Assembly (NCBI RefSeq): GCF_001186125.1
Contig: NW_014039737.1
Coordinates: 1 to 40,227, forward strand
DNA length: 40,227 bases
Origin: Sphaeroforma arctica JP610
Lineage: Eukaryota
Direction: 5' to 3'
Part shown: piece after piece, positions 1 to 12,000 of the stretch
Numbering within the stretch: position 1 is the first letter of the stretch
Layout of the letters: the number at the start of each line of letters is the position of its first letter
Made by a program: the position numbers and the translations under genes
Notes under the pieces: model-generated
The model's input: the letters and a program-made list of their open reading frames with translations, nothing else
Database searches by the model: none
Told to the model about the DNA's origin: nothing

Positions 1-32
1 CGTATGTATATAATATGTATTTATACATATAC

Positions 33-73
<41 letters not shown>

Positions 74-670
74 GGTATGAATGTATGCATGTATTATGGA
101 TATAAATATATATATGTATATATATACGTATATATATATATATATATATAATATATATTTATAAATACAATGTTTAAATATATATATTTATATATATATT
201 AATATATATATATATAGTTTAGATACATACATACATAAATATATTCAGACATACAGTTGTACAGACGTATATGCATATTAGCATGGATACAAAGACATAC
301 AAACTTACTGTCTTACTTACATACACACGCACACACACATATATATATATTAAATATATATAATGTAATATAATAAAATATAACATATTACAATAGATGT
401 CTATGAATGTATATATAAATATACATATGTACAAATATACATATACACATGTATATGTATATATGTATATAGGTGCGTATCAATGCATGCATTATATATA
501 TATATATATATTATATATGTATTCGTGTATTTAGGTGCGTATCAATGCATGTATTAATTATATATATGTATGTATGTATGTATATACGAACATATGTAGA
601 CACACACACATATCTACATATATGTTAAATTGCGTGTGTATGTGTGTATATGTGTAAGTGTATATTACAT
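1..670. repeat. Degenerate (TA)n/(TG)n/(TATG)n microsatellite tract
   Basis: Directly visible. Confidence 0.9.
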
Positions 671-712
671 TAGATGCACATTCCTAATGAATCAGTTAAA
701 CATTGAAACCGT

Positions 713-822
713 TGGTTCGGGCACCCTCGTCTAATTATTTTATTCGTGTTTGATTAATTTGGTCGGCTGGTTCGGGCACCCTCGTCTAATTATTTTATTC
801 GTGTTTGATTAATTTGGTCGGC
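713..822. repeat. Perfect 55-bp tandem duplication just 3' of the Ras-like gene
   Basis: tggttcgggcaccctcgtctaatt...atttggtcggc at 713-767 and 768-822. Confidence 0.92.
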
Positions 823-864
823 TTGTTAGATAGAAGTCAAAGAAATTTATCTCTTCCCAGTATA

Positions 865-3234
865 TTACATTGTTCCTATTGAACTATTTGTTGGCGAGCT
901 ATTCAATGATGCAGGTTGGTTAGTCATCACTAATGGTTCAAATACCTTATCTGTGTAATTTGGTGTATACCTTAGTTCATCTCTCAGAAGCTTCCTCAAG
1001 TAGTAATCTCTCATTTTCCTACCCAGTGTAAAGAATACGCCCGTGCATTGGTTTTGTGTGCACGTTACGAGTCTAAATTCTAATCCCCAATCAATACTGA
1101 CCAATCTCTGCGCCTCTGCAACCCAACTCGGTAGATCCTTGGTACTGTTGTACAACCCCTGTGTCGCTGTTGTGTACTTGTCTACTTTCGTACCGACCAC
1201 CGTAATAGGCACTGGAACATAATAGCTCTGCATAAACCGACGTCGCCGATCCACTAGTTCTTCTTTGAGCGCAATCACGTGATCAAAACTCTTCTGATCC
1301 ACTACAGAGAATGTCAAAATGTAGCCGTGAGCCCACCACAGGGGGTCTAAAGTATGTGGGATATCGGTTTTGATTGTGGACGCTTTGGCTCCATGTAATG
1401 CCAAACTTTTACCTCTCATTAAATCCGCGGATGATTGACTTTGAGATCTTCCGAAGCGCGGTTTCCTAAGTACACCTCTGGTAGGTACGCCCGAACCGAA
1501 GTGCACATCATTCGCACATGTCCATGCCTCTGCTGAACTGTCAAGAATATTCACATGACAGCTGTTGCCGGCCACACTCAAATCATACACCGATAAGTCC
1601 GAAACAGTCGGCTCGTAAACTGCATTAAAAAGTCCATGTTGTAATCTATGGACTAGAGTTGACTTCCCAGTTTTCCTGGCTCCCAGCAACGCTATGTTCA
1701 AAGCTCCGTTACTCCCCAAACTATCACCCCAATCTATCGTTTGAAATGACTTCTTGTGCCGTTTTAAAAGATGACTGAAATCGATATCTGGAACCACGTG
1801 TGCTTCGGCACTGGACATGCTCGATGCAACCCCGCTATCAGATCCTGACGACTCGTACGAAACACACACGTCCGAGTCACGATCTGACTCCAAGGTGATT
1901 CTCGCAATTATGTTAGTATCGTTCTGATCATCGGTCCTTGCATTCATGTCAACGTTGTGAGTGCCGGTTGTTCTTTCTAGCAATGCTGCTGTTCGGGACC
2001 TCTGAAGGCCACCACTTCGATGAGCACTAGAATTGGCATTAGTCAGGCTATTATCTGATTTAGTCGATAATAGGGGAATCCTGCGCGTTGCATTAGATAG
2101 AAAATTGTCAGGTTTAGTTGTGTGAACGGGAACTTCACGGCAACTTGTTGATGGGCCAGAGCTAAATGTCGAACCGAAGTCTATTTGTGTGAATTCGCCA
2201 TCTAAATTCTGACCAGCTCCCGATTTTAGAGCTCGCTGTAATTTGGTAAGCAAATGGCTAGAGCTCAAATCCATTTCCTGATTGCGAACTGCCGCTTGCA
2301 GCCTCAGAGTGCTTGCTGTCGATTTACTTCTCAGAGTATTGCTGGACATACTCATTGATTTCACCGAGTGAGAATTTTCCACTTGCAAACGTTTAGAGTG
2401 TTCTCTCAGATTTTTGTTTAAACTCGTGAAAGATGCAGCACTACTAGTGACTCCCTCATACACTGTGCTACATTCACTCGCCATTCGACTGCTCTGTCGA
2501 CGCAGCATACTAGATACGCACATTTTCCCGTGCCCATCTTCTCGTGGTTCACACTGCGCAATCACATCGTCAACTAAGTCCCTTTCACTCTTATCATTGC
2601 CACTATAGTTGTCTGGGGACAAGAAACTCATAGACTCTCCCACCTTTTTAGTTACGTCTGCAGGCGTTTCTGGCGAAGACGCTTGAGAAGTTGCATTGCC
2701 CTTCACAATCGTCTTCTCGAAGGTATCTATCAGTTGCTGCAGACATGCTAAACTATCATTGCTGGTCGAGACAAAACCCTTACTTTTAATTTTGTACTTT
2801 CTGCTTTCACCTTTCATTGTTGCATACTTACTGTCACAGTGGTGACTTTTGAGATCATTCTCTAAGTCCATTTTTGAACTACCACTTATCCTAGAACCAT
2901 TTGTCGGAGTCCACGATTTGGATGTGCGACGCGAATAGTCACCGGTGGGCCACTTTCGACACGAAGGATTGGTACCTGTAAATCTACTCTGAATTTTCTG
3001 TATCATCTTGGTAATTAATCTTAGTCTCTTCTTCTCTGACGGCTCACAGTGAGGTATTGTTGGCTTGTCGCTTCCACACCGACAGCCTTCATGTTCTGCA
3101 GCGCATGACAGCTGTATTTCATTCACACCCTCTTCCTCGAAGCAATTGCGCTCTAAAGTATCGACGGCCACGATTGTACTTTTCGAGTTCGCATCACCCA
3201 CATACTGGTGGCTCACCTCGGCTACATCGATCAT
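865..3234 (-). CDS. Atypical Ras-family GTPase-domain protein with long Ser-rich N-terminal extension (789 aa, single exon)
   Basis: Uninterrupted 789-aa ORF. The C-terminal third has NIALLGARKTGKS (G1/P-loop), YEPTVSD (G2), ILDSSA (degenerate G3), WWAHGYILTFSVVDQKSF (RERG/RASL11-like beta4), VVGTKVD (G4) and VTC (degenerate G5). No CAAX box. Confidence 0.85.
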   Translation of the reverse strand: MIDVAEVSHQYVGDANSKSTIVAVDTLERNCFEEEGVNEIQLSCAAEHEGCRCGSDKPTIPHCEPSEKKRLRLITKMIQKIQSRFTGTNPSCRKWPTGDYSRRTSKSWTPTNGSRISGSSKMDLENDLKSHHCDSKYATMKGESRKYKIKSKGFVSTSNDSLACLQQLIDTFEKTIVKGNATSQASSPETPADVTKKVGESMSFLSPDNYSGNDKSERDLVDDVIAQCEPREDGHGKMCVSSMLRRQSSRMASECSTVYEGVTSSAASFTSLNKNLREHSKRLQVENSHSVKSMSMSSNTLRSKSTASTLRLQAAVRNQEMDLSSSHLLTKLQRALKSGAGQNLDGEFTQIDFGSTFSSGPSTSCREVPVHTTKPDNFLSNATRRIPLLSTKSDNSLTNANSSAHRSGGLQRSRTAALLERTTGTHNVDMNARTDDQNDTNIIARITLESDRDSDVCVSYESSGSDSGVASSMSSAEAHVVPDIDFSHLLKRHKKSFQTIDWGDSLGSNGALNIALLGARKTGKSTLVHRLQHGLFNAVYEPTVSDLSVYDLSVAGNSCHVNILDSSAEAWTCANDVHFGSGVPTRGVLRKPRFGRSQSQSSADLMRGKSLALHGAKASTIKTDIPHTLDPLWWAHGYILTFSVVDQKSFDHVIALKEELVDRRRRFMQSYYVPVPITVVGTKVDKYTTATQGLYNSTKDLPSWVAEAQRLVSIDWGLEFRLVTCTQNQCTGVFFTLGRKMRDYYLRKLLRDELRYTPNYTDKVFEPLVMTNQPASLNSSPTNSSIGTM

Positions 3235-4446
3235 TTCTTCACGATTTTTGGTGCTGACTGTCAGTACCGGTGAGGTAAAGTAAACAATACCTAATTAGCA
3301 TGCTTCAAAATGAACGGATGCCATAGCAGACGCACCTCTTGTATCTTATATTTATTTTATATTTGCAATCTGCGGATCGTATGATGCGCTCTTCAGCTCA
3401 CAGTCTGGTACGATGACAAAAATTACCACAGTAGAAAGTCTACAAATTATCAGATTTTGCTTTCAGTCAGTGGTTTTATTTTTTACAAACCAATTTAGCA
3501 ATCACTAATTGACTACACACACAGCCAATATCAAATGATATATTGTCGCAATAAGACGGTCACACTCCCTGTCAGCGACTCACACAGTCACAGTGTCTCA
3601 CACAAACAGGGGGCCAGCCAGGGGGCAGGGGCTGGCACAGCCCAGCCCCGCAGGTGAACACATGAAATATTTAAAAGAAAATAAGTCCACGACTCCAAAA
3701 GTCCAAATCACGCTGACGCCCGTATCAGGTTTTCAAAAAAAACATGAGCCAAGTTTTCTTTGAAACAAAAAACTAGAGAGAGCAGTGAGCAGAGCCAATT
3801 TGCCAGAGTGTGCTTCTGCAGTCTCACAGTCTCACGCACTCTCTAATCTCTATTTCACATGCTGTCATACTGTTATAGATTGTCATATTTACTTACAGTC
3901 TCATAAACGTACACGCGCGGCACGGACAGTCGGACACTGTCTAATGATATCACTCGTGAGCCGTGAAATCATCTCTCGTCAGTCACTCGCAACTCTCGAG
4001 TCTCATCTGCAGATCAGACTCGCGTCTCACAAATTGTCAAATTCACGCTGCAAATAGTAAATACAATAAATACAGAGATATGTACTGCAGCTAAATATTT
4101 ACTTTAGTTGTAACTCTGTAGTCTGTGCTCTGTAGCCTGTAGCTCTAATGACAAATAAGTCCAAATGAGTATATTCTATATATATATTTTTTCAAAATAA
4201 TAAAAAAGTGTTCCATTACAATAACACATCGACCACCAGCTGACCGAGGAGCACATTTTTTCGATAATAAATATGGAGAAAAATTGGCATACTAATATTT
4301 TAAAATAATAAATATGCACTGAAAACGTTAAATATAAAATATGAAATATGAGATGAAATTTAGAAAAAATATCGTAAAACGCGTGTTGATTTCAGAAATA
4401 TGGCAAAATAATAATATTTGGTATTTAAAAATTGAAATAAGCAATA

Positions 4447-4531
4447 AATATGCCATATTTCTAAAATATGCCATTTTTTTTATAAATATGCCATTTCTTT
4501 TATAAATATGCCATATTTCTGAAATATGCCG
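4447..4531. repeat. Tandem array of ~18-20 bp units with AAATATGCCA core (5 copies)
   Basis: AAATATGCC recurs five times in ~85 bp. Confidence 0.8.
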
Positions 4532-4848
4532 TATAAAGTACAATATATATATATTTACGAAATAGAATATGCAGTATTTCACGGCTGTATTATAGGGATT
4601 GTATAGGCATATAGCCTTTATTAAGCAGTTCTAGCAAATGATTTATATAGGCATATTGGCTGTATTTTGTAGTTAGTGGCTGTAGTTTGTAGCTATATTA
4701 AAGGAATTGTACAGGTGTATAGTAGCTGATTTATAGCTGATGTAATAAAATATCGCATATACGTTTTATTTCATATATTATATTTTCGTGAATATGTGTA
4801 CAGATGTATATGGTACATGTGGCATATTTCTGAAAAATACCATATTTC

Positions 4849-5134
<286 letters not shown>

Positions 5135-6819
5135 CGTCTGTGTACATATATATGTGTTTTCATGGACACCTTGTATAACTTCGCAAGTATGCGTGAAAGA
5201 CCCTGTAATTTAGACTATACCAAATAGGACGAAATAACATCAAAAAATACAAACCCACATGATGGACACTCTTTTTGACACCAGTGTAGTCGGATGATAC
5301 CCGAAAAACGCTTTTCCATTACATGCCAATTCGATATTTTGTCTCCTGAGCGCATTCTGGTCACAGAAGACATAATCCACACTTGTCACATATCCTGCCA
5401 GAAGGGACATTGTGAACTTCATAGTTCACAGGCATACAAATAATTGTTCACACCTATCAATAGTATTGTCCTTGAGCTCTGTTACGAATTTCAGAGCTAT
5501 CGTAGTATAGAGTCAGTTGCAGTTTAACCTGTTTCCGCTCGATACATGTTGACCACCTTTTTCAAATAAGGTGGCAAATTGTTACCAATTTGAAAATTGA
5601 TTGATTTTTGGAACCAAAAAAGGTGGCAAAAAAAATATGATCACATAGATCGTTAGTTTATTTGACTTATATACAGCGACAATATAAGTCCACATGCCCA
5701 AATATGCCACCCCAGTGCACAGTATTCAAGTGCAGCTTAATCTGTACACCTTCCTGCTTCACTGCTAAACGATCTCTGTCGAGTTCTATGGCTCTGAATA
5801 ATGGCATTACAAAAAAGCGTGTTTAGATGTCATATATCTCTTGATTTATTTATTGTATAGATCTTTTACCTTTTTAGTGTACATAAACCAAGTGCAAGCT
5901 TTATATATATGTTCATACTTTGTAGAATACTATGCTACGTTGTGCATATGTGTTGTGCATGCACAAGGACTGTTTATCAATGTGTTTTTAACTTTTAGTA
6001 TCAACTATCGTCACACATTCTAAATAGCAAGCTATGTCAATACATAATATGAGGTTGTATTTATGTGAAAATATGGAAGAAATAATGAATATGAAATTAT
6101 ACAAGAGAAATAATAAATATGTAACATATATATATTTGGAAAAATATTAAATATGAAACATGCACGAAATATATTTTTAGGACAATAATAGATATGAAAT
6201 AAATATGCCATATTTTTTTATAAAAAGGGCATATTTTATAATATAATACTATTCCTAATTTTAAATATATACATATACTTGTATTTCCTAAAATAATAAA
6301 TACGTGTATAAAACGTTGAAAATAGTAATATGCACTTTTACGTTTATTTGTGCGTGTTCCTCGAAAAATGTCGACTGACTGGCACCTCGTATTTAACAAT
6401 CGGTGTAATTGTGTCACGTATTATTTCTTTTTTTTATAAAAAATATAAAAGTTGATTTTTCAACGTTTAGCGGATTATTTTTTAGCGTTGCAACGTATTT
6501 TGGCTTAATATGACCTGTATATTGTGACCTTTATAGTGCACCTATTCTTAAACAATTGGTCTCGATACAGTATATGAGACTATTGTCGTCAGGACAAAAT
6601 TCTGGTGTGTATATGTCCTTCGGACAATAGTCAACAGATCAGGCATATTTATTTTTATTTTTCTTCTCTCTAGAGTAGAGGGTCGTGATGTTTGTATGTG
6701 CACAATTGCGCATTGCCTGACCTGGAATATGGCCCTACTAATATACCGTAACCGTTTGATTTGCAACGTTTGACGGATCATTTATTTGCGTTGCAACCTA
6801 TAACGATATGAGGTTAGCC

Positions 6820-6942
6820 GACTGGTGATGACTGATAAGTGATGACTGGTGATGACTGATAAGTGATGACTGGTGATGACTGATAAGTGATGACTGGTGG
6901 GTGGTGAGTGGTGACTGGTGAGTGGTGACTGGTGAGTGGTGA
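6820..6942. repeat. Minisatellite: 24-bp unit x3.3 followed by TGGTGA(G/C) heptamers
   Basis: gactggtgatgactgataagtgat at 6820, 6844 and 6868, then alternating tggtgag/tggtgac. Confidence 0.9.
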
Positions 6943-7669
6943 ACAGCCGTGAAAGTGAAAAATAGCCATATAACGTATAACGTTCATACGTTTAATTTCT
7001 ATCCGTTAAGCATTGGACGTTGAGCATATTTTGCCATAGTTCGGTCCAGTATATATGAGAAGATGGGGTTTTTTTTAAAAGCGGGTCAAGTTTTGTCCTT
7101 TACTCTCCCGTCCATTGATCTATACAAGTTTTGTGGCTAAATATAGTAGTGGGTGCACTTTTTAGCTCTAGAGAGAGGTCGCACTGAATTATTTTTTAGA
7201 AGTGGTGAGTTGGTGACACCTTCTCTATATTTTTTACATAAAAAAACCAATACATGTATAAATTAATTATACTCATTTACAGTTTTATCTCCTTTTCTGG
7301 TGGGTGTATGATAAGTAAAAAATATCATATCGTTTTGTTATTTTTTAAGTAGGGTCGTACATAGGGCGATAACTCGTGGTCATGGGACGTGGGCACGTGG
7401 CCCAGTGGATTGTGGATTCGTAGCCTCTGGCCCCTGGGCGAGGGGCGTTGGGCACTGGGCAGTGGCCCGGGGGCCGGGTGGGCACTACATACTCGTAGTG
7501 CCCCGCGTGTTCGACTGTTCAGTGTTCACTGTTCAGGGACACCATAGGTCTCTTGGACTCTGGGCGTGCCGCGTGGAGTGGACTCTTAGCGTGGAGTGGA
7601 CAATAGCGTGTAGAACTGAAGCGTGTAGACTGTAGAGGTAGTGTAGAGTGTAGGCTGTAGAGTGTAGAA

Positions 7670-7742
7670 TGTGGAGTGTGGACTGTGGAGTGTTGAGTGT
7701 GGAGTGTGGAGTGCGGAGTGTGGAGTGTGGAGTGTGGAGTGT
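7670..7742. repeat. (GTGTGGA)n heptamer satellite, ~10 copies
   Basis: Directly visible, with point variants. Confidence 0.9.
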
Positions 7743-8905
7743 CCCGACTCCCATGATCCCGTGGTCCATGGACCCGTGGTCCCATGGTCCCGTTGTCCTC
7801 GTGGACCTGAGGTCCTAAGGCCCTAAGCTGAACAGCCGATTCACCGACGGTGTGGCACTTTAGGACCTGTAGGACTGTAGGTTCGTGGGAGTGTGGGATT
7901 GTAGGAGGCTGGGAGCGCTGGATTTTTCAACTCCTGTCCTTTATCCTTCTTGGGCCTTGTGTGTGTTTTTCGTATGTAGCCTCTAATTGTTTTTTAACAG
8001 AAAACAAATTGTACATTTTTGACTAAAACCCAAATGGAACAAGCTCGATTCTGGAATTTGGAGGCTGCTATTTAGGTTATGGTCTTTTCTATGAATTTTC
8101 TAAATATTCAAGTTTAACCTCGGGCAGACGGGCACGTGCAAACTGCATGACAGCTTTTTTTTTCCCGTTTTCCGTTCTGCAGCAATTTGCCGCAGATGAT
8201 TGGTATTTTAAATTTCTAGTACAGAAAAAAAAGCTTCCAAACCCCAAATGAATACAATCATTAAAAAAGGGAGTACTGAGTACTCAATTTTAAAATTTAT
8301 ATATTCATATATAATATTTGATCGACAATGTCGAATCTTTCTTGTGACAGTTGGAACTTGGAACCTAATAACACGTCCTAACCTAATATCGTTATAATTT
8401 GCAAAGCAAATAAATGATTCTTTAAACGTTGAAAAGTCAACTTTTATATACATGATGACGCCTAAGGTCTTTTTAAAATATGAGGTTAGGTTGGAACTTG
8501 GACAGTTGGACTCCTTGGCAGTTCTCGTGATATTTATAAAGAAATATCTGTTATATATTGATTAAAAATATACAAAAACATTACTCTGGTATTTATATTT
8601 CATTTTGAATATTTATTTTTACAAAATTTATATATATATATGTACGTATATTATTTTTTTGGCGTGTATATTTAAAATAAAATATGATTTGCAATATATT
8701 TCGAATTTTTGATCTGGAAGACTGGGACTGGTCACCGGAGTCTTGGACTGAACAGCCTGGATCCAGGGCCGTATGCAATGTTTTTGCATTTCTGTATAAA
8801 CGTTAAACTGTAAACGTAAACGCGATAAACTCTACAAGTTAAAAGCATATATATATATATTTATAACGTATACCTGGCATTTTAGGGTTTTAGATGTAAT
8901 CGGTA

Positions 8906-9077
<172 letters not shown>

Positions 9078-12000
9078 AACAGTGTATAACATATAGAGTA
9101 TATATTATGTATAGTATACCGTGTAGTTCCACTGTGCTTACCATCGTGAACTGAAAGTGTGAACATGTCTGTGTGGGTGTGTGGAAGAGTGCCGATTATG
9201 AAGTGTTTATTGATGATGGCGGTTGTCCAGAACCTTTTTGACGCATGGTTCCATCTTTATTCAGGCCTTTAATTTTACCGCCAGCAGTACGCGAGGATCC
9301 AGCCATTATTGTCGTGAATGTATGTAAGTCACGGCAGCTATACAAGCTTCAAAGTGTACGTTACCAAGCGACTAACAAGCGATAATTATCTCACAAGCCG
9401 AAAATAACACGTTTTGGGCCAGGCCCTCATAAAGGCCCTCCAACAGAGGCCCTACAGGCACATTTCAAAAATCATATTTATGTCTGTCATTTCTAAAATT
9501 GAAAATTGAAAAAATTATTTTTGGCAATACCTCAGCCCTAAAATATATATGTGCCCTCGCCATGAACTACCTATGCCCGAAAACGTTTGAGTTTAACGCT
9601 AACGCATCGAAAAACTGTGTGACATTGAATCCTGCTGCTTGACATTGTACTTTTTCGTTTTTTTTGAACAAAACATAAACCAAAAAAACCCATATTTTTA
9701 TTAAAAAGTGATAGATTGTTGGAGAAAAATGGAATTCTTAAAGATTGATTATTCAATTTATTTATTTTATCATTATTCACATACTTTTTGTTAAAATACG
9801 TCAACGTCATTTAACGTTTTACGATACGCTATACCTCGTTTCGTGGCCAGAAATTATAGACAAGGTGCACAATGTAGGCGCTGTCTATATCATAGCGAAA
9901 AAGTTTCGGCCAAATTCTGGTTTTAGTATTTCTAACGTTTATAATATAAAAGGTTAGCGGCTTGTACATAAATACTACAGAGAGCAAACATACTGTAACT
10001 ACTGTCAAGATGTCGCAGCGTCACAGTTTTTTGCATACAGACGTCAAACATTCTGAAGCACTTCACAAGTTCACAGTTCAGAACTTCAGTGTTCACAGTT
10101 CATTGAGTTCAATCAGTGACAATATTTTCTTTTTGAGAAATATGTGTAATATAATATTAATAAAAGTGTGGATAACAAAACTGAAATGATTATGCTTGCG
10201 TTAAACCATTTACCGCTTGTTAACTGTTGTCTGTGACTCTGCGACACTGTTGAATGTGTAGTATGTATGCACAATTGCACATACATAGCCTACAAATTTT
10301 AAAACAGTATTTAGCAAGAAAAAAGCAATAAATACGCTCAAATGTGATATTTTTTGTTTTGTTTTGCATCGGGTTCGAATAAAACCGTTATAAGAATTGT
10401 TGAACAACTTGATTTTTGTAGAAACATCGCTATGATTCCAATGGATGAGTTCTTCACTCAAATCGATTACTTAGCTAATATAAGCACCATACAGAGAAGG
10501 AGCGGTGTTTCTGCGATGCTTATTTTTACAGTCAAGTTACTGGGAAATTTAGTCATGCAATCGATAGCGATTGCAAGCAATGGTGTATGATGGTGTGATT
10601 GTTGCAAGTGGAACTTGTGCCAACGCGTTATGATCGTATTTTAGGGTTGATATGATCTTATAGACAATCACTATCAACATAAATCAAGTCCATATACCGA
10701 TATTTTTAAATGGTCTAAGGCTTGCGCGGCAGCCTGTAGCCTGTATCTCGTGAACTAATTAATAGAGAGATATTTACTAGTTTTCTCGAATATTAAATCT
10801 GGACTCTGGAGAGATATGAGATATCTTCTAGAGAAATTGAGCGCTTCACTTTGCTAAACCAGACCAATGCGATCAAATCATCAGAGTACAAAAATGCCCG
10901 TGAGCTGTTCCATAATCCATTCTATATTGGTCGTGACAATAGTTTTGTATATGTATCTATTTATCTATATATACAAGTATATGTATACATCTAATATACA
11001 TATATATATATATACAATGTGTGCGTGTGTATAAATTTATGCATATATATATATATATAGTCGGTGTGTGCGTGCGTGTGTGCATACGTATGTGGTTATG
11101 TGTGTGCGTGTGTATATATCTGTTGNNNNNNNNNNNNNNNNNNNNTATATATATATATATATAGATGAATATATATATATATATAAAATTTATATATATG
11201 TGGGTGGGTGGGTGAGTGTACATGTGTACACGAGTACGTATTCAAATTTTTATGAACAAATATACATATCTTCGAAAGTAAATGTGCGGGTGGCTGTGGG
11301 GTTTTATATATATAAACGTATCTGTAAATGTAATAACACCCCTTGGAGCTTGTATTGGAAGGCAGCTTCTACAAACCGATGTGGCAAATTACGGCAATGG
11401 GCCAAGTTCTTTAAGCTTGATAAATAAACATGCTTTTTGGACTATATTTTCTCAGACAAGCATTCAACACATGCATACATATAAACGCTGCCTGTATATC
11501 GATCTGCTAGAGATAGTGTGCACCCGTTGACGATTTATGGGAATATTCTTTGTCCTGCGTTTGCACGTGTGTAGCGGGCCTGTGCCAGTGTTTGCAAATA
11601 TACAGTCTTGAAATGTATAGATACTTCTCCGTTTGTACATTTTACAAAAAGAAAATAAGACTTTGCTTTTCGTTGCGAATAACGTGAAGTGTGTATTGCA
11701 ACTACTATTCCATCGTTTACGCGCTTAGTTGGTGTATATGTGTGTGGTATCGTTCCGAGGTTATTGGTTACCGGTGGATGAAGCGGGAATTTCGCAGTAG
11801 TTCGTTGATGTGTTCGCAGATGTAAGCGCAATTTCATATATTCAAAATCATATATACTAGTCAACAACTAGGTGTGACAGAAGAAGAGTGCACCTTTCTT
11901 TGTCTTTCTGTGTACGACGTGTATGAATCAATTTCCAGTTGCCCGTTTATACATATTCTCCACCACTCGCGATGATACTATAATGTTTTGTATGTTATTA

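Larger units (their letters stand above)
6760..8435. mobile_element. Putative non-autonomous DNA-transposon remnant bounded by 58-bp inverted repeats
   Basis: The reverse complement of 6760-6817 matches 8378-8435 at 50/58 positions without gaps. No transposase ORF and no target-site duplication identified. Confidence 0.4.

Noticed and set aside
6820..6899. TGATGA and CTGA motifs suggesting a C/D snoRNA, or repeats suggesting a CRISPR array
   Set aside because: The motifs are adjacent parts of a head-to-tail 24-bp minisatellite with no guide region and no spacers.
7670..7742. G-rich heptamer as an interstitial telomere
   Set aside because: GTGTGGA is not TTAGGG-like and grades into neighbouring GTGTAGA variants, which fits local slippage better.
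10488..10500. ATACAGAGAAG resembling the U6 snRNA ACAGAGA box
   Set aside because: The flanking U6 sequence (ATTAGCATGGCCCCTG and the 5' stem) is absent.
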